A DNA stretch of 52,098 nucleotides from Gammaproteobacteria bacterium (GCA_029881275.1 JAOUMX010000004.1:1-52098), one strand, 5' to 3'. Shown: positions 33,018-43,213, counted from the stretch's first letter. Translations and numbers: made by a program. The notes: generated by a model not told the origin, from the letters alone.

Positions 33018-33476
33018 ATGGAATTCACTGACGAATACTGGATGCAAAAAGCACTGGAGCTTGCGTGCAAGGCGCAGGCCGAAGATGAAGTCCCCGTCGG
33101 TGCCATCATTGTCAAAGATAATCAGCTCATTGCCGAAGGTTATAATCAGCCTATCAAATCAAACGATCCCTCTGCCCATGCTGAAATGGTAGCGCTACGC
33201 AATGCCGGGCAGGTGGTTAATAACTATCGCCTGGTTGATACTACCTTGTACGTTACCCTCGAACCCTGTTCCATGTGTGTCGGCGCGATGATCCATGCGC
33301 GGGTGAAACGTCTGGTGTTTGGCGCTTTTGATCCAAAAACCGGTGCTGCGGGTTCTGCGATTAATCTAATTGCGGATGCTGTGCATAATCATCGGATTGA
33401 AGTTGTGGGTGGTGTGATGGAAGATGAGTGTCGGGAATTGTTACAGGCATTTTTCAGGCAGAAACGTTATTCATAA
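33018..33476 (+). CDS. tadA: tRNA adenosine(34) deaminase
   Basis: DEYWM, EVPVGA, DPSAHAE, NYRL, VTLEPCSMC, DPKTGAAGS, FFRQKR. Confidence 0.95.
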   Translation: MEFTDEYWMQKALELACKAQAEDEVPVGAIIVKDNQLIAEGYNQPIKSNDPSAHAEMVALRNAGQVVNNYRLVDTTLYVTLEPCSMCVGAMIHARVKRLVFGAFDPKTGAAGSAINLIADAVHNHRIEVVGGVMEDECRELLQAFFRQKRYS

Positions 33477-33671
33477 AGTCGCCAGCTGTTGGCTATTAGC
33501 CCTGATGTCACTAAGTTTTGTACTTTATCTATTTTAAATAATAGTCTCCGATAAATAGGGTGTTTAAATTTGCTGAAATTTTTTACCTGTCTTCATTGTG
33601 GTTGGAAACTGGAATGATGTTCTGATATCTGTGATATTTAATTTAGTGTCTTGATTGCTGGTCTGTTTTAG

Positions 33672-33702
33672 AAAAAAAGGGGCACATTGTGCCCCTTTTT
33701 TT
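33672..33702. terminator. Bidirectional terminator between tadA and the pot operon
   Basis: aaaaaaaggggcac-att-gtgccccttttttt. Confidence 0.88.
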
Positions 33703-33744
33703 ATGCCGGTTTTTAACCGCTGAAAGTCAGACATGCCAGCATGA

Positions 33745-34806
33745 TTATTTGATTTTAATTTCAGTCCATAATTTATTTAACAGGCGACGTTGTTTTGCAC
33801 TGGTCGCTTCAATTGTTTCCAGTCGTGCCAGGGTAGCTGCATCAGGAAAAATGGCCGTCTGTTTTTTGATTTCGGCATCGATAAATTCAGCCGCGGCCTT
33901 GTTAGGGTTGCCGGCACCAATTTCATTGGTTAAGGCCGCCGCATTTTTGCCATCCAGCATAAAGTTTATAAATTGATGTGCCAGGGTTTTATTTTTTGAA
34001 TCTTTGGGGATTACCATATTATCCAGTGCCAGTACCGCGCCCTGTTCCGGTAATACGAAGTTGATAGTGAAATCACGGGCCGCAGCTTCGGCATCGGCTC
34101 TTGCCTGTACCATGTCACTGGAGTAACCATGTGCCACCCAGATATTGCCGACCGTCAGTTCCTTGATGTAACTGGATGAATTGAAGGCTGCCCAGTAGGG
34201 TTTGGCTTTCATGATTACTTTTTGTGCTTCACGTAAATGTTTTTCATCCTGATCGTTAATGGAGTAACCGAGGTATTTTAATGCAGCGGCAAACAGTTCT
34301 TCTGCATCATCCATCACAGTGACCTTGCCACGAATTTTTTCCAGTACGGCGGGGTCAAAAATTATTGACCAGTTACCGGGGTTGATACCCAGTTCTGACA
34401 GGCGTTTTTCGTTATAGCCAACCAGTGTTGTGGTAAAGGCATAGGGCACGGAGTAGGTGTTCTGTGGATCATAACTGCGCTTGAGAAATCCGGGATCACT
34501 GTTTTTCAGGTTGCTGAGCTGTGCTTTATCGAGAGCTTGCAGGAAATCCTGTTTAATCAGTGCCTGTACTGCATTTTGTGTCGGTACCACTACATCATAT
34601 CCGCTGGCACCGGCCAGTAACTTGGCCATCATTTCTTCGGTACTGGAGTAGTAATCCTGTACTAGCTGACAATCACAGCTTTTTTCAAAGGCGGTTACAG
34701 TCTCTTCTGCAATATAGTCATTCCAGTTGAACAGGTGTAGCTGACCTCCAGCAATCGCTAACGGTGTAGCAGCCATTAACACAACAGAAGCCAATAGTTT
34801 TTTCAT
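33745..34806 (-). CDS. Spermidine/putrescine ABC transporter substrate-binding protein (PotD/PotF family)
   Basis: Signal peptide; LHLFNWNDYI, EEMMAKL...GYDVVVP, YSVPY, AHGYSSD, PEQGA...DNMVIP, FINFML. Confidence 0.9.
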   Translation of the reverse strand: MKKLLASVVLMAATPLAIAGGQLHLFNWNDYIAEETVTAFEKSCDCQLVQDYYSSTEEMMAKLLAGASGYDVVVPTQNAVQALIKQDFLQALDKAQLSNLKNSDPGFLKRSYDPQNTYSVPYAFTTTLVGYNEKRLSELGINPGNWSIIFDPAVLEKIRGKVTVMDDAEELFAAALKYLGYSINDQDEKHLREAQKVIMKAKPYWAAFNSSSYIKELTVGNIWVAHGYSSDMVQARADAEAAARDFTINFVLPEQGAVLALDNMVIPKDSKNKTLAHQFINFMLDGKNAAALTNEIGAGNPNKAAAEFIDAEIKKQTAIFPDAATLARLETIEATSAKQRRLLNKLWTEIKIK

Positions 34807-34831
34807 TAGGAGATTCCTCAGATTAAAAAAT

Positions 34832-35602
34832 TTAACTACGTAAAGCGCCGGGGTATAACCGTGCTGTCAGGGTGATGAGTATTAGAGTTAATACCATCAA
34901 CAAAGTGGATATTGCATTAACTTCCGGGGTAACTGCAATCTTTACCATCGAATAAATTTGCAATGGCAGCGTGGAACTGCCAACTCCGGCGACGAAGAAA
35001 GTAATGACGAAATCATCGATAGATAAAGTGAAGGCCATCAATGCACCGGCGATGATACCCGGTGCCAGTAAAGGCAGGGTGATTTTGCGAAAGCATTGCC
35101 AGGGTGTTGCGCCAAGATCACGAGCTGCTTCGGTGAGTGAGCGGTCGATAGCGGTCATGCGAGCCTGCACCGATAATGCAACAAAACCAATACAGAAAGT
35201 AATGTGCGCAAGGGTAATCGAGATCAGTCCCAGGCTCATGTTTAGCATAATGAAAAATAGTAACAGGCTAACACCCATCAGAATATCGGGCATGGCAATC
35301 GGTGCCAGTACCAGTCCCGGTAATAATTTTAAACGGTACTGGTGCATGGCCATGCCGGCCAGTGTACCCAGGACTGTTGCCACGGCCGCACTGACCGTGG
35401 CAATGATCAGTGAGTTGGCTGCGGCAGATAACATCTCCCGGTTTTGAAACAGTTTGTCATACCATTTAAAGGTAAAGCCAACCCATTCGGCATTGAGTTT
35501 GGAATCGTTAAAGGAATAGACGATGACGATGAATAACGGCAGATAGAGGAATAGATAAGCACCCAGTGCGACCAGTTTAAGCAATCTGTTTTTGCGGGTC
35601 AT
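34832..35602 (-). CDS. potC: Polyamine ABC transporter permease (PotC-like)
   Basis: FLYLPL....YSFN, EAARDLGA, AFTLSIDDFVITFF, TLPLQIYSM...TPEVNA. Confidence 0.87.
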   Translation of the reverse strand: MTRKNRLLKLVALGAYLFLYLPLFIVIVYSFNDSKLNAEWVGFTFKWYDKLFQNREMLSAAANSLIIATVSAAVATVLGTLAGMAMHQYRLKLLPGLVLAPIAMPDILMGVSLLLFFIMLNMSLGLISITLAHITFCIGFVALSVQARMTAIDRSLTEAARDLGATPWQCFRKITLPLLAPGIIAGALMAFTLSIDDFVITFFVAGVGSSTLPLQIYSMVKIAVTPEVNAISTLLMVLTLILITLTARLYPGALRS

Positions 35603-35603
35603 G

Positions 35604-36488
35604 TTAGCGAGCCCCCTGCTGGCCGATTTTTGCGCCTAACAATACCACCAGCACGGCGGTCGCTGTTAGTACCATCGACAGCACGCTGCCAAAAGGCCAG
35701 TCGCGGGATTCCACAAACTGCTGTTTGATAACATTGGCAATCATGATGCCATCGGTACCGCCGAGCAGATCGGGTATGGCGAACATACCCAGTACCGGAA
35801 TGAAGACCAGAATGGAACCGGCGTATACGCCTGACAGTGACAGCGGCCAGGTAATTCGCCAGAAACGTCGCCAGCGATTAGCGCCCAGATCCTGGGCAGC
35901 ATCGAGCAGGGCCGGGTTGTGTTTTTCCAGATTGGCGTAGAGCGGCAGCACCATAAATGGCAGGTGCACATATACCAGGCAGGTTATTACCGCGGTGGCA
36001 CTGTACATTATGCTGATGGGTGCCAGTCCAAGCAGGTCACGCAGCGAATTAATCATCTGGGTGAGAGCACCGTTGGGGCTGAAGATGATCATCCAGGCAT
36101 AAATCCGCACCAGAAAGTTACTCCAGAATGGCAGGATGACCAGTAACAGCAGCAGGTCACGATGTTTTTTCTGGCTGCGGGCAATCATTAGTGCCAGCGG
36201 GTAACCGAGGAGAATACAGAGTAATGTGGTGACCAGAGCATAGCCGATGGATTTGAAGAACAGTCGAAGATAAATATCGGTTTCGAACAGGCGCTGCCAG
36301 TTTTCCAGGGTCAAATCAAATGCCAGTGTGCCATTCTCAATGCTATACCAGGGTGCCAGGCCACCGTATTCACCGGTGTAACGAAAGGATGCAAACAACA
36401 TGATCAGTGTCGGTATGGCAAAGAAGATAAGCAGGTAGCCCATCGGTGGCAAAGTGAGTAAACGTTGTTGCCAGGATTTTTGTTGCAT
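35604..36488 (-). CDS. potB: Polyamine ABC transporter permease (PotB-like)
   Basis: LPFWSNFLVRIYAW, LPFMVLPLY, DAAQDLGA, VFIP..G.F.IPDLLGG, RDWPFGS. Confidence 0.87.
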   Translation of the reverse strand: MQQKSWQQRLLTLPPMGYLLIFFAIPTLIMLFASFRYTGEYGGLAPWYSIENGTLAFDLTLENWQRLFETDIYLRLFFKSIGYALVTTLLCILLGYPLALMIARSQKKHRDLLLLLVILPFWSNFLVRIYAWMIIFSPNGALTQMINSLRDLLGLAPISIMYSATAVITCLVYVHLPFMVLPLYANLEKHNPALLDAAQDLGANRWRRFWRITWPLSLSGVYAGSILVFIPVLGMFAIPDLLGGTDGIMIANVIKQQFVESRDWPFGSVLSMVLTATAVLVVLLGAKIGQQGAR

Positions 36489-36493
36489 CGTGA

Positions 36494-37579
36494 TTAGTCC
36501 ATCACCAGATGGCCGGCATCGTAATGCCAGGCGACTTCGACCTGATCACCAATTTCAAAGAAGCGCGCCCGTCCCGGTGATGAGTTTGCCAGCAATGCTT
36601 CCAGTAGCATGCCATTCGCGAGTTCGACTTTATAAACGGTAACATCACCCAGGTAAAGCATGTCATGGACGATGCCTTTGAAATGCGCCTCAACTTCATC
36701 ATGGGACACACGGCTTGATATATGTATTTTTTCCGGGCGCAGTGTCAGTGTGCAATTTCTGCCGACTGCAATTGTGCTGTCGGCGGGAATAGCTGTTTGT
36801 ACCGGGCCAAGACCTTCCAGCTCTACCTGTGCGCGGTTATCCTGTAACTGAGTCACTTTGCCCGAGAGCAGATTGCACTGACCAATAAAGTCTGCCACGA
36901 AGCGACTGTTGGGGAAGCCATAAAGTCTCGATGGTTCATCCACCTGAGCAATGGTACCCCGGTTCATAACGGCAACCCGATGAGACAGCGCCAGTGCCTC
37001 GCCCTGATCATGGGTGACATAGACAAAGGTAATGCCGATTTCTTTTTGCAGCTTGATCAGCTCCAGTTGCATCTGTTCTCGTAACTTGGCATCCAGGGCT
37101 GACAGTGGTTCATCCAGTAGTAACAGACGTGGTCGATTCACCAGTGCACGGGCAATGGCAATGCGTTGTTTCTGGCCACCGGAGAGCGCATCCGGGTAGT
37201 GATTGCCTTTATCCGGAAGGCTGACGTCTTCCAGTGCTTCGGCGACACGGCGATTGATTTCCGCCTGGGTGCAGCCCACCATGCGTAATGGAAAGGCAAT
37301 ATTTTCCGTTACCGTCATATGTGGAAATAATGCGTAGTTCTGGAAGATGGTATGCAATGGACGCCGTTCCGGTGGTGTCGCAATAATACTTTTACCATCG
37401 AGTAGAATATCGCCATTATCAGGCTGGTCAAAACCGGCTATGAGTCGCAAAAGCGTGGTTTTGCCACAACCGGAAGGGCCTAAAAGTGTAAAGAACTCAC
37501 CCGCCGCAATGTTCAGGCTGACCTTGTCCAGGGCTGTGAAGTTATCAAAATAACGAGATACTTCTTTAATTTCTAGCAA
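36494..37579 (-). CDS. potA: Polyamine ABC transporter ATP-binding protein (PotA-like)
   Basis: Walker A GPSGCGKT, FQNYALFPHM, LSGGQKQR, LLLDEPLSALD, VTHDQGEA; C-terminal TOBE-like region; TTG start. Confidence 0.88.
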   Translation of the reverse strand: MLEIKEVSRYFDNFTALDKVSLNIAAGEFFTLLGPSGCGKTTLLRLIAGFDQPDNGDILLDGKSIIATPPERRPLHTIFQNYALFPHMTVTENIAFPLRMVGCTQAEINRRVAEALEDVSLPDKGNHYPDALSGGQKQRIAIARALVNRPRLLLLDEPLSALDAKLREQMQLELIKLQKEIGITFVYVTHDQGEALALSHRVAVMNRGTIAQVDEPSRLYGFPNSRFVADFIGQCNLLSGKVTQLQDNRAQVELEGLGPVQTAIPADSTIAVGRNCTLTLRPEKIHISSRVSHDEVEAHFKGIVHDMLYLGDVTVYKVELANGMLLEALLANSSPGRARFFEIGDQVEVAWHYDAGHLVMD

Positions 37580-37749
37580 CTTAACAGCATCTCCAGAGAT
37601 GGGTCATGAATCGGTTTTGAGTGATGTCAGGTAATCGTGAGATGTAACCTGAATATGTTGCGTATTTTTTATCCGCAATCAATTTTGGTCAATAAAAAGT
37701 TTTAATCTGACCTGACTTATCGATGGAATAGTAAGCAGTAGAGTAACAG

Positions 37750-38601
37750 TCATGATTGTTTTTTACTGAATTTTCCCTGCGGCCGGGCCTTCTTTCTGGC
37801 CGTTTTTTTGAATGTGGGTTTAGAGGGTTTCTTTTTGGGCCCGTGTGTCTGTTTGCCTGTATGCGTTATTGTTTTGCTTGACCCTGCAACAGCGCTGTCA
37901 ATCTCTGCCATTTCACGGGGTGTTAAATTTCGCCACTGCCCCGGTTTCAGATCACCTAACTTAACATTCATAATGCGGGTGCGTTTTAATCTGGTGACTT
38001 CATAACCCAGGTATTCACACATGCGGCGTATTTGTCTGTTCAGACCCTGGGTGAGAATAATTTTAAATGTAAAGCGACTTTGAATAATAACCTTGCAGGG
38101 TTTGGTGATCGTGTTCAGTATAGGGATGCCTTTTGACATCTGTTCGGCAAAACCTTCGGTCAGGGGCTTGTCAACGCTGACGAGGTATTCCTTTTCGTGT
38201 TCATTACCGGCACGTAAGATTTTATTGACGATGTCACCATCGCTGGTCAGAAAAATCAAACCTTCAGAGGGTTTGTCCAGTCGGCCAATAGGGAAAATGC
38301 GTTGTTTATGGCCGATGGCATCGATTATGTTGCCATGAACACTGCGTTCCGTGGTGGAAGTAATACCGACGGGTTTATTGTAAGCCAGGTAGATACGATC
38401 AGATTTATTAGCTGTACTATTTTTAATGCGCTTGCCATCGACAATGACAACATCACCGGGTGAAACTCTTGCGCCCAGCTCCGGCAGCTTGCCATTGATG
38501 CTGACACTTTTTTGTTCAATGAGTTTATCAGCTTCGCGTCGTGAGCAGAAACCCGAGTCACTGATAAATTTATTAAGGCGAATTCCGTTAGCTGTATTCA
38601 C
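37750..38601 (-). CDS. rluF: 23S rRNA pseudouridine synthase (RluF-like)
   Basis: S4 domain RLNKFISDSGFCSRREAD; NKPVGI, FPIGRLDKPSEGL, HEKEY, LTQGLNRQIRRMC; basic tail. Confidence 0.88.
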   Translation of the reverse strand: MNTANGIRLNKFISDSGFCSRREADKLIEQKSVSINGKLPELGARVSPGDVVIVDGKRIKNSTANKSDRIYLAYNKPVGITSTTERSVHGNIIDAIGHKQRIFPIGRLDKPSEGLIFLTSDGDIVNKILRAGNEHEKEYLVSVDKPLTEGFAEQMSKGIPILNTITKPCKVIIQSRFTFKIILTQGLNRQIRRMCEYLGYEVTRLKRTRIMNVKLGDLKPGQWRNLTPREMAEIDSAVAGSSKTITHTGKQTHGPKKKPSKPTFKKTARKKARPQGKFSKKQS

Positions 38602-38621
38602 AAATAGTCGATAGCGTGTGC

Positions 38622-39944
38622 TTAGAGTTTAACACCTTCACCCACTTTAATGATTTTGATTTCACGTTGCGGGAAAGGTATTTCAATCTGGTTTTCTTTT
38701 AACGCATCCCAGATCATCAGGTAGAGATCACCGCCGACGCGGTATTCACCATCATCAATACCTTCCATCCAGAATTCGATTAAAATATTAACGCCAGAAT
38801 CACCAAAGCCACAAATTTCAGCATCGGGTCTTTCTTCAATGGGGAGGTCCGGGCCACTGAGTACCTTGGGGTGACTGGAAACAACCTTTCTGAGTAGATC
38901 AAAAAGCTTGTGCAGGTCTGTGCTATAGGCAACCTGAAATTCAATGGAGTAACGTTGTTTTTTATTTTTGTGTGTCCAGTTGATGAAGCTGGTAGTGATG
39001 AACTGTTCATTGGGTACCATGATGTCTTTACCATCAAAGGTTTCCAGTGTGGTTGAACGCATATTCAGTTCGCGAATGCTGCCTTTGCGACCATCAGCCA
39101 GTTCAATGAAGTCACCCACAGCCAGTGAACGATCAAGTAATAAAATAATGCCGGAAATAAAGTTTGATGCGATCGACTGTAAGCCGAAACCCAGACCGAC
39201 ACCGAGTGCACCACCAAAGACAGCAAGTGCAGTAATGTTGACACCCATGACCTGTAACAATAACAGGAAGATAACCATAAACAGAGCAACCTGGAACAGT
39301 TTGGCAAACACTTCGCGGGTGCCCATATCCAGCTGTTCCTGTTGTCGAATTATTTTCTGTCCAGCGCGATTTGAAACACGACCAAGCCAGAATAGAATAG
39401 AGCCAAAAATGAGGACACGGACTATGCCATAGGCGGATATTCTGATGTTGCCTATTTCAATGAACATCGATTGCAGGTAATTAATCACAGTACCTAGCTG
39501 GTCGAAAATATGTAACATGGCAATGGGAATGGCAATCCATTTAAGCAATGATTTAAATAACAGATTACTAACAAAACGTGTGATGATTGAGTAGATCATT
39601 AAGACGACGGCAAAACCTTCAAAGATTCGCACCAGCGCACTTTGCTTAATGAAAAAATCGCTCAGATCAATGGCAATGCCAAGAAAAATGATTATGAATA
39701 AGGGGAATAAAAGATCCCTGATTTGATAGATGCCATGGCGCAGGAATTGCAGCGAGCCTTCTTTGGGTTCATCTCTAAAAATAGGTGAATGACGTTTTAA
39801 AGCAGAGCTAAAAGAGAAAGCGAGGATAGTGGCTAAAAGTATAAGACTCAATTGTGAATAGAACAGGGGGCTGCTGATCCAGTCAAGTATTTTACTGGTT
39901 ATTTGTTCGCTAAGTTCAGTGATTGATTTGAGATCCATCGCCAT
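38622..39944 (-). CDS. MscS-family mechanosensitive channel
   Basis: Multiple TM segments; LAVFGGALGVGLGFGLQSIASNFISG, VGDFIE, IMVPNEQF, IEIPFPQRE. Confidence 0.92.
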   Translation of the reverse strand: MAMDLKSITELSEQITSKILDWISSPLFYSQLSLILLATILAFSFSSALKRHSPIFRDEPKEGSLQFLRHGIYQIRDLLFPLFIIIFLGIAIDLSDFFIKQSALVRIFEGFAVVLMIYSIITRFVSNLLFKSLLKWIAIPIAMLHIFDQLGTVINYLQSMFIEIGNIRISAYGIVRVLIFGSILFWLGRVSNRAGQKIIRQQEQLDMGTREVFAKLFQVALFMVIFLLLLQVMGVNITALAVFGGALGVGLGFGLQSIASNFISGIILLLDRSLAVGDFIELADGRKGSIRELNMRSTTLETFDGKDIMVPNEQFITTSFINWTHKNKKQRYSIEFQVAYSTDLHKLFDLLRKVVSSHPKVLSGPDLPIEERPDAEICGFGDSGVNILIEFWMEGIDDGEYRVGGDLYLMIWDALKENQIEIPFPQREIKIIKVGEGVKL

Positions 39945-40152
39945 TGGTTTTCCGGTGATACTGTCTGTAATGGTTATGACAAGAGTATACAGTCAATTAT
40001 TAAAGTTATTACATTAATATCAGTGTTAATTTGAATATTGTCAAATACCAGATAATAGCCGGATAATCTTAAAGCTAAGGTGTGTGATTATTTCGTTGTT
40101 ATATTTTTTGATGTCACTACATGTGAGTTTATTGATGATTCGTGAGCAGAGT

Positions 40153-41277
40153 CTATGTGTTCTGAATAACGATATGACTGATTTCACTTGGTGCCAGAAT
40201 TCTCAGTGGTGGTCCCCAGTAACCGGTCCCCCGGCTAACAAAAATTTGCTGGTCATCATTGTGTTGATAGAGTCCGGCCAGATAAGGCTGGTCAATCATG
40301 ACCAGAAAGCCGAATGGAAATATCTGTCCACCATGAGTATGGCCGCTTAACATTAAATCGCAGCGGTGATTGTGCATGCGTTCAATAAACTTGGGCTGGT
40401 GAGCCAGTACAATGCAGGGTTTGCTGATATCGGCTTTGCTATAGGCCTGTTCGATATCGGCTTTTAAAATGCCGACACGTTCACCGGTGATGTCATTGAT
40501 GCCTATCAGATTGAAGTTGTTATGTTTGTCGCCGATGGTAACACAGTCATTTAATAGTGGTTTGATACCGAGAGTTTTTAAATAGTCTATTGTTATTTGC
40601 GGGTTATGGAAATATTCATGATTGCCGGTAATAAAGTATGTTGGTGCTTTTATGTTACTTAAAGGGTTAAGGTCCTGTTTGATTCTATCGAGGGGTAAAT
40701 CAACCAGGTCACCGGTTATGACAACTATATCCGGTGACAACTCATTGGTTTTTTCTACCAGTTGTGCAATGAATGAGCTTTTAATAGTGCGACCAATATG
40801 AATGTCGGTTAGTTGTACAATGCTGAATCCGTTCACGGGAAAGCTTTTTATGCTGATTTTAATATGATTGACCTCGGGGAATTTCAGTCCTTGTGTGATC
40901 CCGCGCAGCAAATAAGACAGGGCAGCTATTAGCATGGTGATGTCAAAAATAATTTTTAAGGTTTTTCTGCGTTCACTGTCAAAGGGAATCTGCTGCGAAA
41001 TGGTAACGCTTAAATCATAAACAACTGCAATAATAAACAGCATGAAGGTAAGGCCAATAAAAGTGCTGCTAATAAGGTAGAGTGTCGGTGAATCCGGGAT
41101 GATGCCTATGGCAAGATCAAGAATGAAAAAAATATCGCCAATTAAAAGTGTTGCAGGGATAACAAAAGGATAGTGATTAAAGGGTGGATGTAGTTTTTTG
41201 AAAAAACGGCGATAGCTGTAAAGATTCATGGCTGCCATCACGGTACTAAAAATAACTGTAATCAGCAGGAATCTCAT
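40153..41277 (-). CDS. Membrane-anchored metallophosphoesterase (YkuE/YaeI-like)
   Basis: Four N-terminal hydrophobic segments; calcineurin-like motifs TDIH, GDLVD, GNHE, LAHQP, SGHTHGGQ, GYWGPPLR. Confidence 0.9.
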   Translation of the reverse strand: MRFLLITVIFSTVMAAMNLYSYRRFFKKLHPPFNHYPFVIPATLLIGDIFFILDLAIGIIPDSPTLYLISSTFIGLTFMLFIIAVVYDLSVTISQQIPFDSERRKTLKIIFDITMLIAALSYLLRGITQGLKFPEVNHIKISIKSFPVNGFSIVQLTDIHIGRTIKSSFIAQLVEKTNELSPDIVVITGDLVDLPLDRIKQDLNPLSNIKAPTYFITGNHEYFHNPQITIDYLKTLGIKPLLNDCVTIGDKHNNFNLIGINDITGERVGILKADIEQAYSKADISKPCIVLAHQPKFIERMHNHRCDLMLSGHTHGGQIFPFGFLVMIDQPYLAGLYQHNDDQQIFVSRGTGYWGPPLRILAPSEISHIVIQNT

Positions 41278-41351
41278 GGAGGAGGTGACCGGTTGTTAAA
41301 TTAATTTCAATTGTAACTATGTATAGTTATCTGGGGTAATTCAATGTTTTG

Positions 41352-41702
41352 TTAATTAAGAATGCTGTCTACCAGTTTTATCAGGTCTTCAGGTTTGTGC
41401 CTGTTTTTGAGGAATACGCGTTTAACGTTCGGCATATTGTCTATCACGTCATGTGCCGAAAAAATGATGACGGGTAATTTTATTTTACTGATGTTGAGCA
41501 GGTTGATAATATCCATGCCAGAACCGTCGGGCAGGGTCAGATCCAGAATGATTAATTTGAAATCATTCTCCGCAATTAGTTGTTTGGCCTGTTTGATTGA
41601 ATCGGTGCGAATAATATCTGCCCTGTCTTCCAGCAGGGTCTTGATATAGTTTCTCTGATCAGGATCATCTTCGATATGTAATATTTTATGATGGCTGCCC
41701 AT
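41352..41702 (-). CDS. Single-domain response regulator (receiver only)
   Basis: ILHIEDD, IILDLTLPDGSG (phosphoacceptor Asp), VIIFSA, FLK; 116 aa with no output domain. Confidence 0.85.
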   Translation of the reverse strand: MGSHHKILHIEDDPDQRNYIKTLLEDRADIIRTDSIKQAKQLIAENDFKLIILDLTLPDGSGMDIINLLNISKIKLPVIIFSAHDVIDNMPNVKRVFLKNRHKPEDLIKLVDSILN

Positions 41703-41801
41703 TTAAAATCCTTTGGTCTTTTATAGTGGTTTCACTATCATCTTTATTTTTTGGTGTATTTTGTAATTAATTATAGATTGTAAATACGATTTCTGTGTTT
41801 A

Positions 41802-42653
41802 TTATGCCGTATATGTTGCCATTGCCTGGCCCATTCTGACAGTTTTATCTGGGGTGATTAGATCGTCCAGGGTAATGTTTTCACCCATTAACATGATAAC
41901 GGTTGATCCCAGATTGAAACGTCCCATTTCTGCACCTTTATCCAGGCGGATATCGACATTTTTGTATTCAGTATGCGTGATCCTGTTTTTGCTGGGAGGT
42001 GTGACTGATCCCGCCCATACAGTATCTATTGCGGATACATTAATAGCACCGACCAGAATCATTATCATTGGGCCTGCTGGGGTTTCAAATGCACATACCA
42101 GCCGTTCGTTACGGGCAAATAACCGGGGCACCGTATTGACGGTATGAGGTGCGACACTGAACAAGCGACCGGGCACATAAATCATATCGGTTAACTTACC
42201 TGCCAGAGGCATGTGTATGCGATGGTAGTCTCGGGGCGATAAATACAGGGTGGCAAACTTTCCATTCTGAAATGGTTTTGCCAGTTTCTCATTGCCACCA
42301 ACCAGTTCCAGCAAGCTGTAGTCATGTTTTTTAGCTTGAAAAACCCGGCCGTTTTTAATTGGCTGGGCCTGACTGACTGTGCCATCTACCGGGCATAACA
42401 ATGTAGTCTCACCGGTTGCCAATGGTCTTGCTTCTTTTTTGAGAGCGCGGGTAAAAAAAGCATTCAGGTTTTTATAGGCATAGGGATTTGATTCTTCTGC
42501 CTCTTTCATATTGACTTCATGTAGTGATAAATAAACATCCAGACTCAGTTTTTTTACCGGTGTCCATTTTATTCTGGCCAGATGAAAAATAAGCCAGGAA
42601 ATAAAGTGGTGAGGCAGAAAATAAAAAGGTGATGATTTTAAATAGTCGAGCAT
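41802..42653 (-). CDS. psd: Phosphatidylserine decarboxylase proenzyme
   Basis: NAFFTRAL, PVDG, YLSPRDYHRIHMP, RLFARNER, autocleavage motif FNLGSTVI. Confidence 0.95.
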   Translation of the reverse strand: MLDYLKSSPFYFLPHHFISWLIFHLARIKWTPVKKLSLDVYLSLHEVNMKEAEESNPYAYKNLNAFFTRALKKEARPLATGETTLLCPVDGTVSQAQPIKNGRVFQAKKHDYSLLELVGGNEKLAKPFQNGKFATLYLSPRDYHRIHMPLAGKLTDMIYVPGRLFSVAPHTVNTVPRLFARNERLVCAFETPAGPMIMILVGAINVSAIDTVWAGSVTPPSKNRITHTEYKNVDIRLDKGAEMGRFNLGSTVIMLMGENITLDDLITPDKTVRMGQAMATYTA

Positions 42654-42662
42654 AATAAGGTC

Positions 42663-43127
42663 TTAGTGTTGGTGTTTGCTATGATCCATTTGCATGGCTG
42701 ATTTTTCTATCGTGAATTCGACTTTAAAGCTGTCACCACTATCCAGTTTTATAACAAGCTCGGATGTGTCGCCATCTTTCAGCGGGCGACGGGGTTTGTA
42801 TAACATTAAGTGATAGCTGCCGTGTTCCAGTGTCAGTTTTCCATTTGCCGGGATGGTCAGTGTTGCCTGTGGGATCATTCGGGCAATGCCGTTATCTTCT
42901 TTTGATAAATGCATCTCGATACGATCAAAATCCCTGCTGCTAATAGAGATGATTTCTATATCGCGCTTCGAACTGTTTTCGATACTCATAAAAGCAGCCA
43001 TAACGGATGTTACCGGTGGCGCTTCAGGTATCCATGCATTGCGGACAATCAGATGATGGGCATAACTGCTGGTTGAAATCAGAGAAAGGATGAAAATAGT
43101 TAAAATCAGGTGAATGTGCTTAATCAA
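42663..43127 (-). CDS. Periplasmic copper chaperone PCu(A)C
   Basis: Signal peptide; AWI..APP....AAFM; H-X10-M-X21-H-X-M copper motif (EMHLSKEDNGIARM...SYHLML); His/Met tail MQMDHSKHQH. Confidence 0.9.
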   Translation of the reverse strand: MIKHIHLILTIFILSLISTSSYAHHLIVRNAWIPEAPPVTSVMAAFMSIENSSKRDIEIISISSRDFDRIEMHLSKEDNGIARMIPQATLTIPANGKLTLEHGSYHLMLYKPRRPLKDGDTSELVIKLDSGDSFKVEFTIEKSAMQMDHSKHQH

Positions 43128-43213
43128 TGCCTGTCTCCGTTAATGAATAGGGTCTTGGGATTATATGCATGCTCGTTTATCATGCAATGTAATTAATCAA
43201 AGGATGTCGCGAA

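Noticed and set aside
32961-33744. guaA 3' end as an integration hotspot
   Set aside because: guaA is followed directly by tadA and a bidirectional terminator; no integrase or att duplication is visible.
40084-40350. 88-aa plus-strand ORF
   Set aside because: Mostly antisense to the metallophosphoesterase 3' end, with no recognisable motif.
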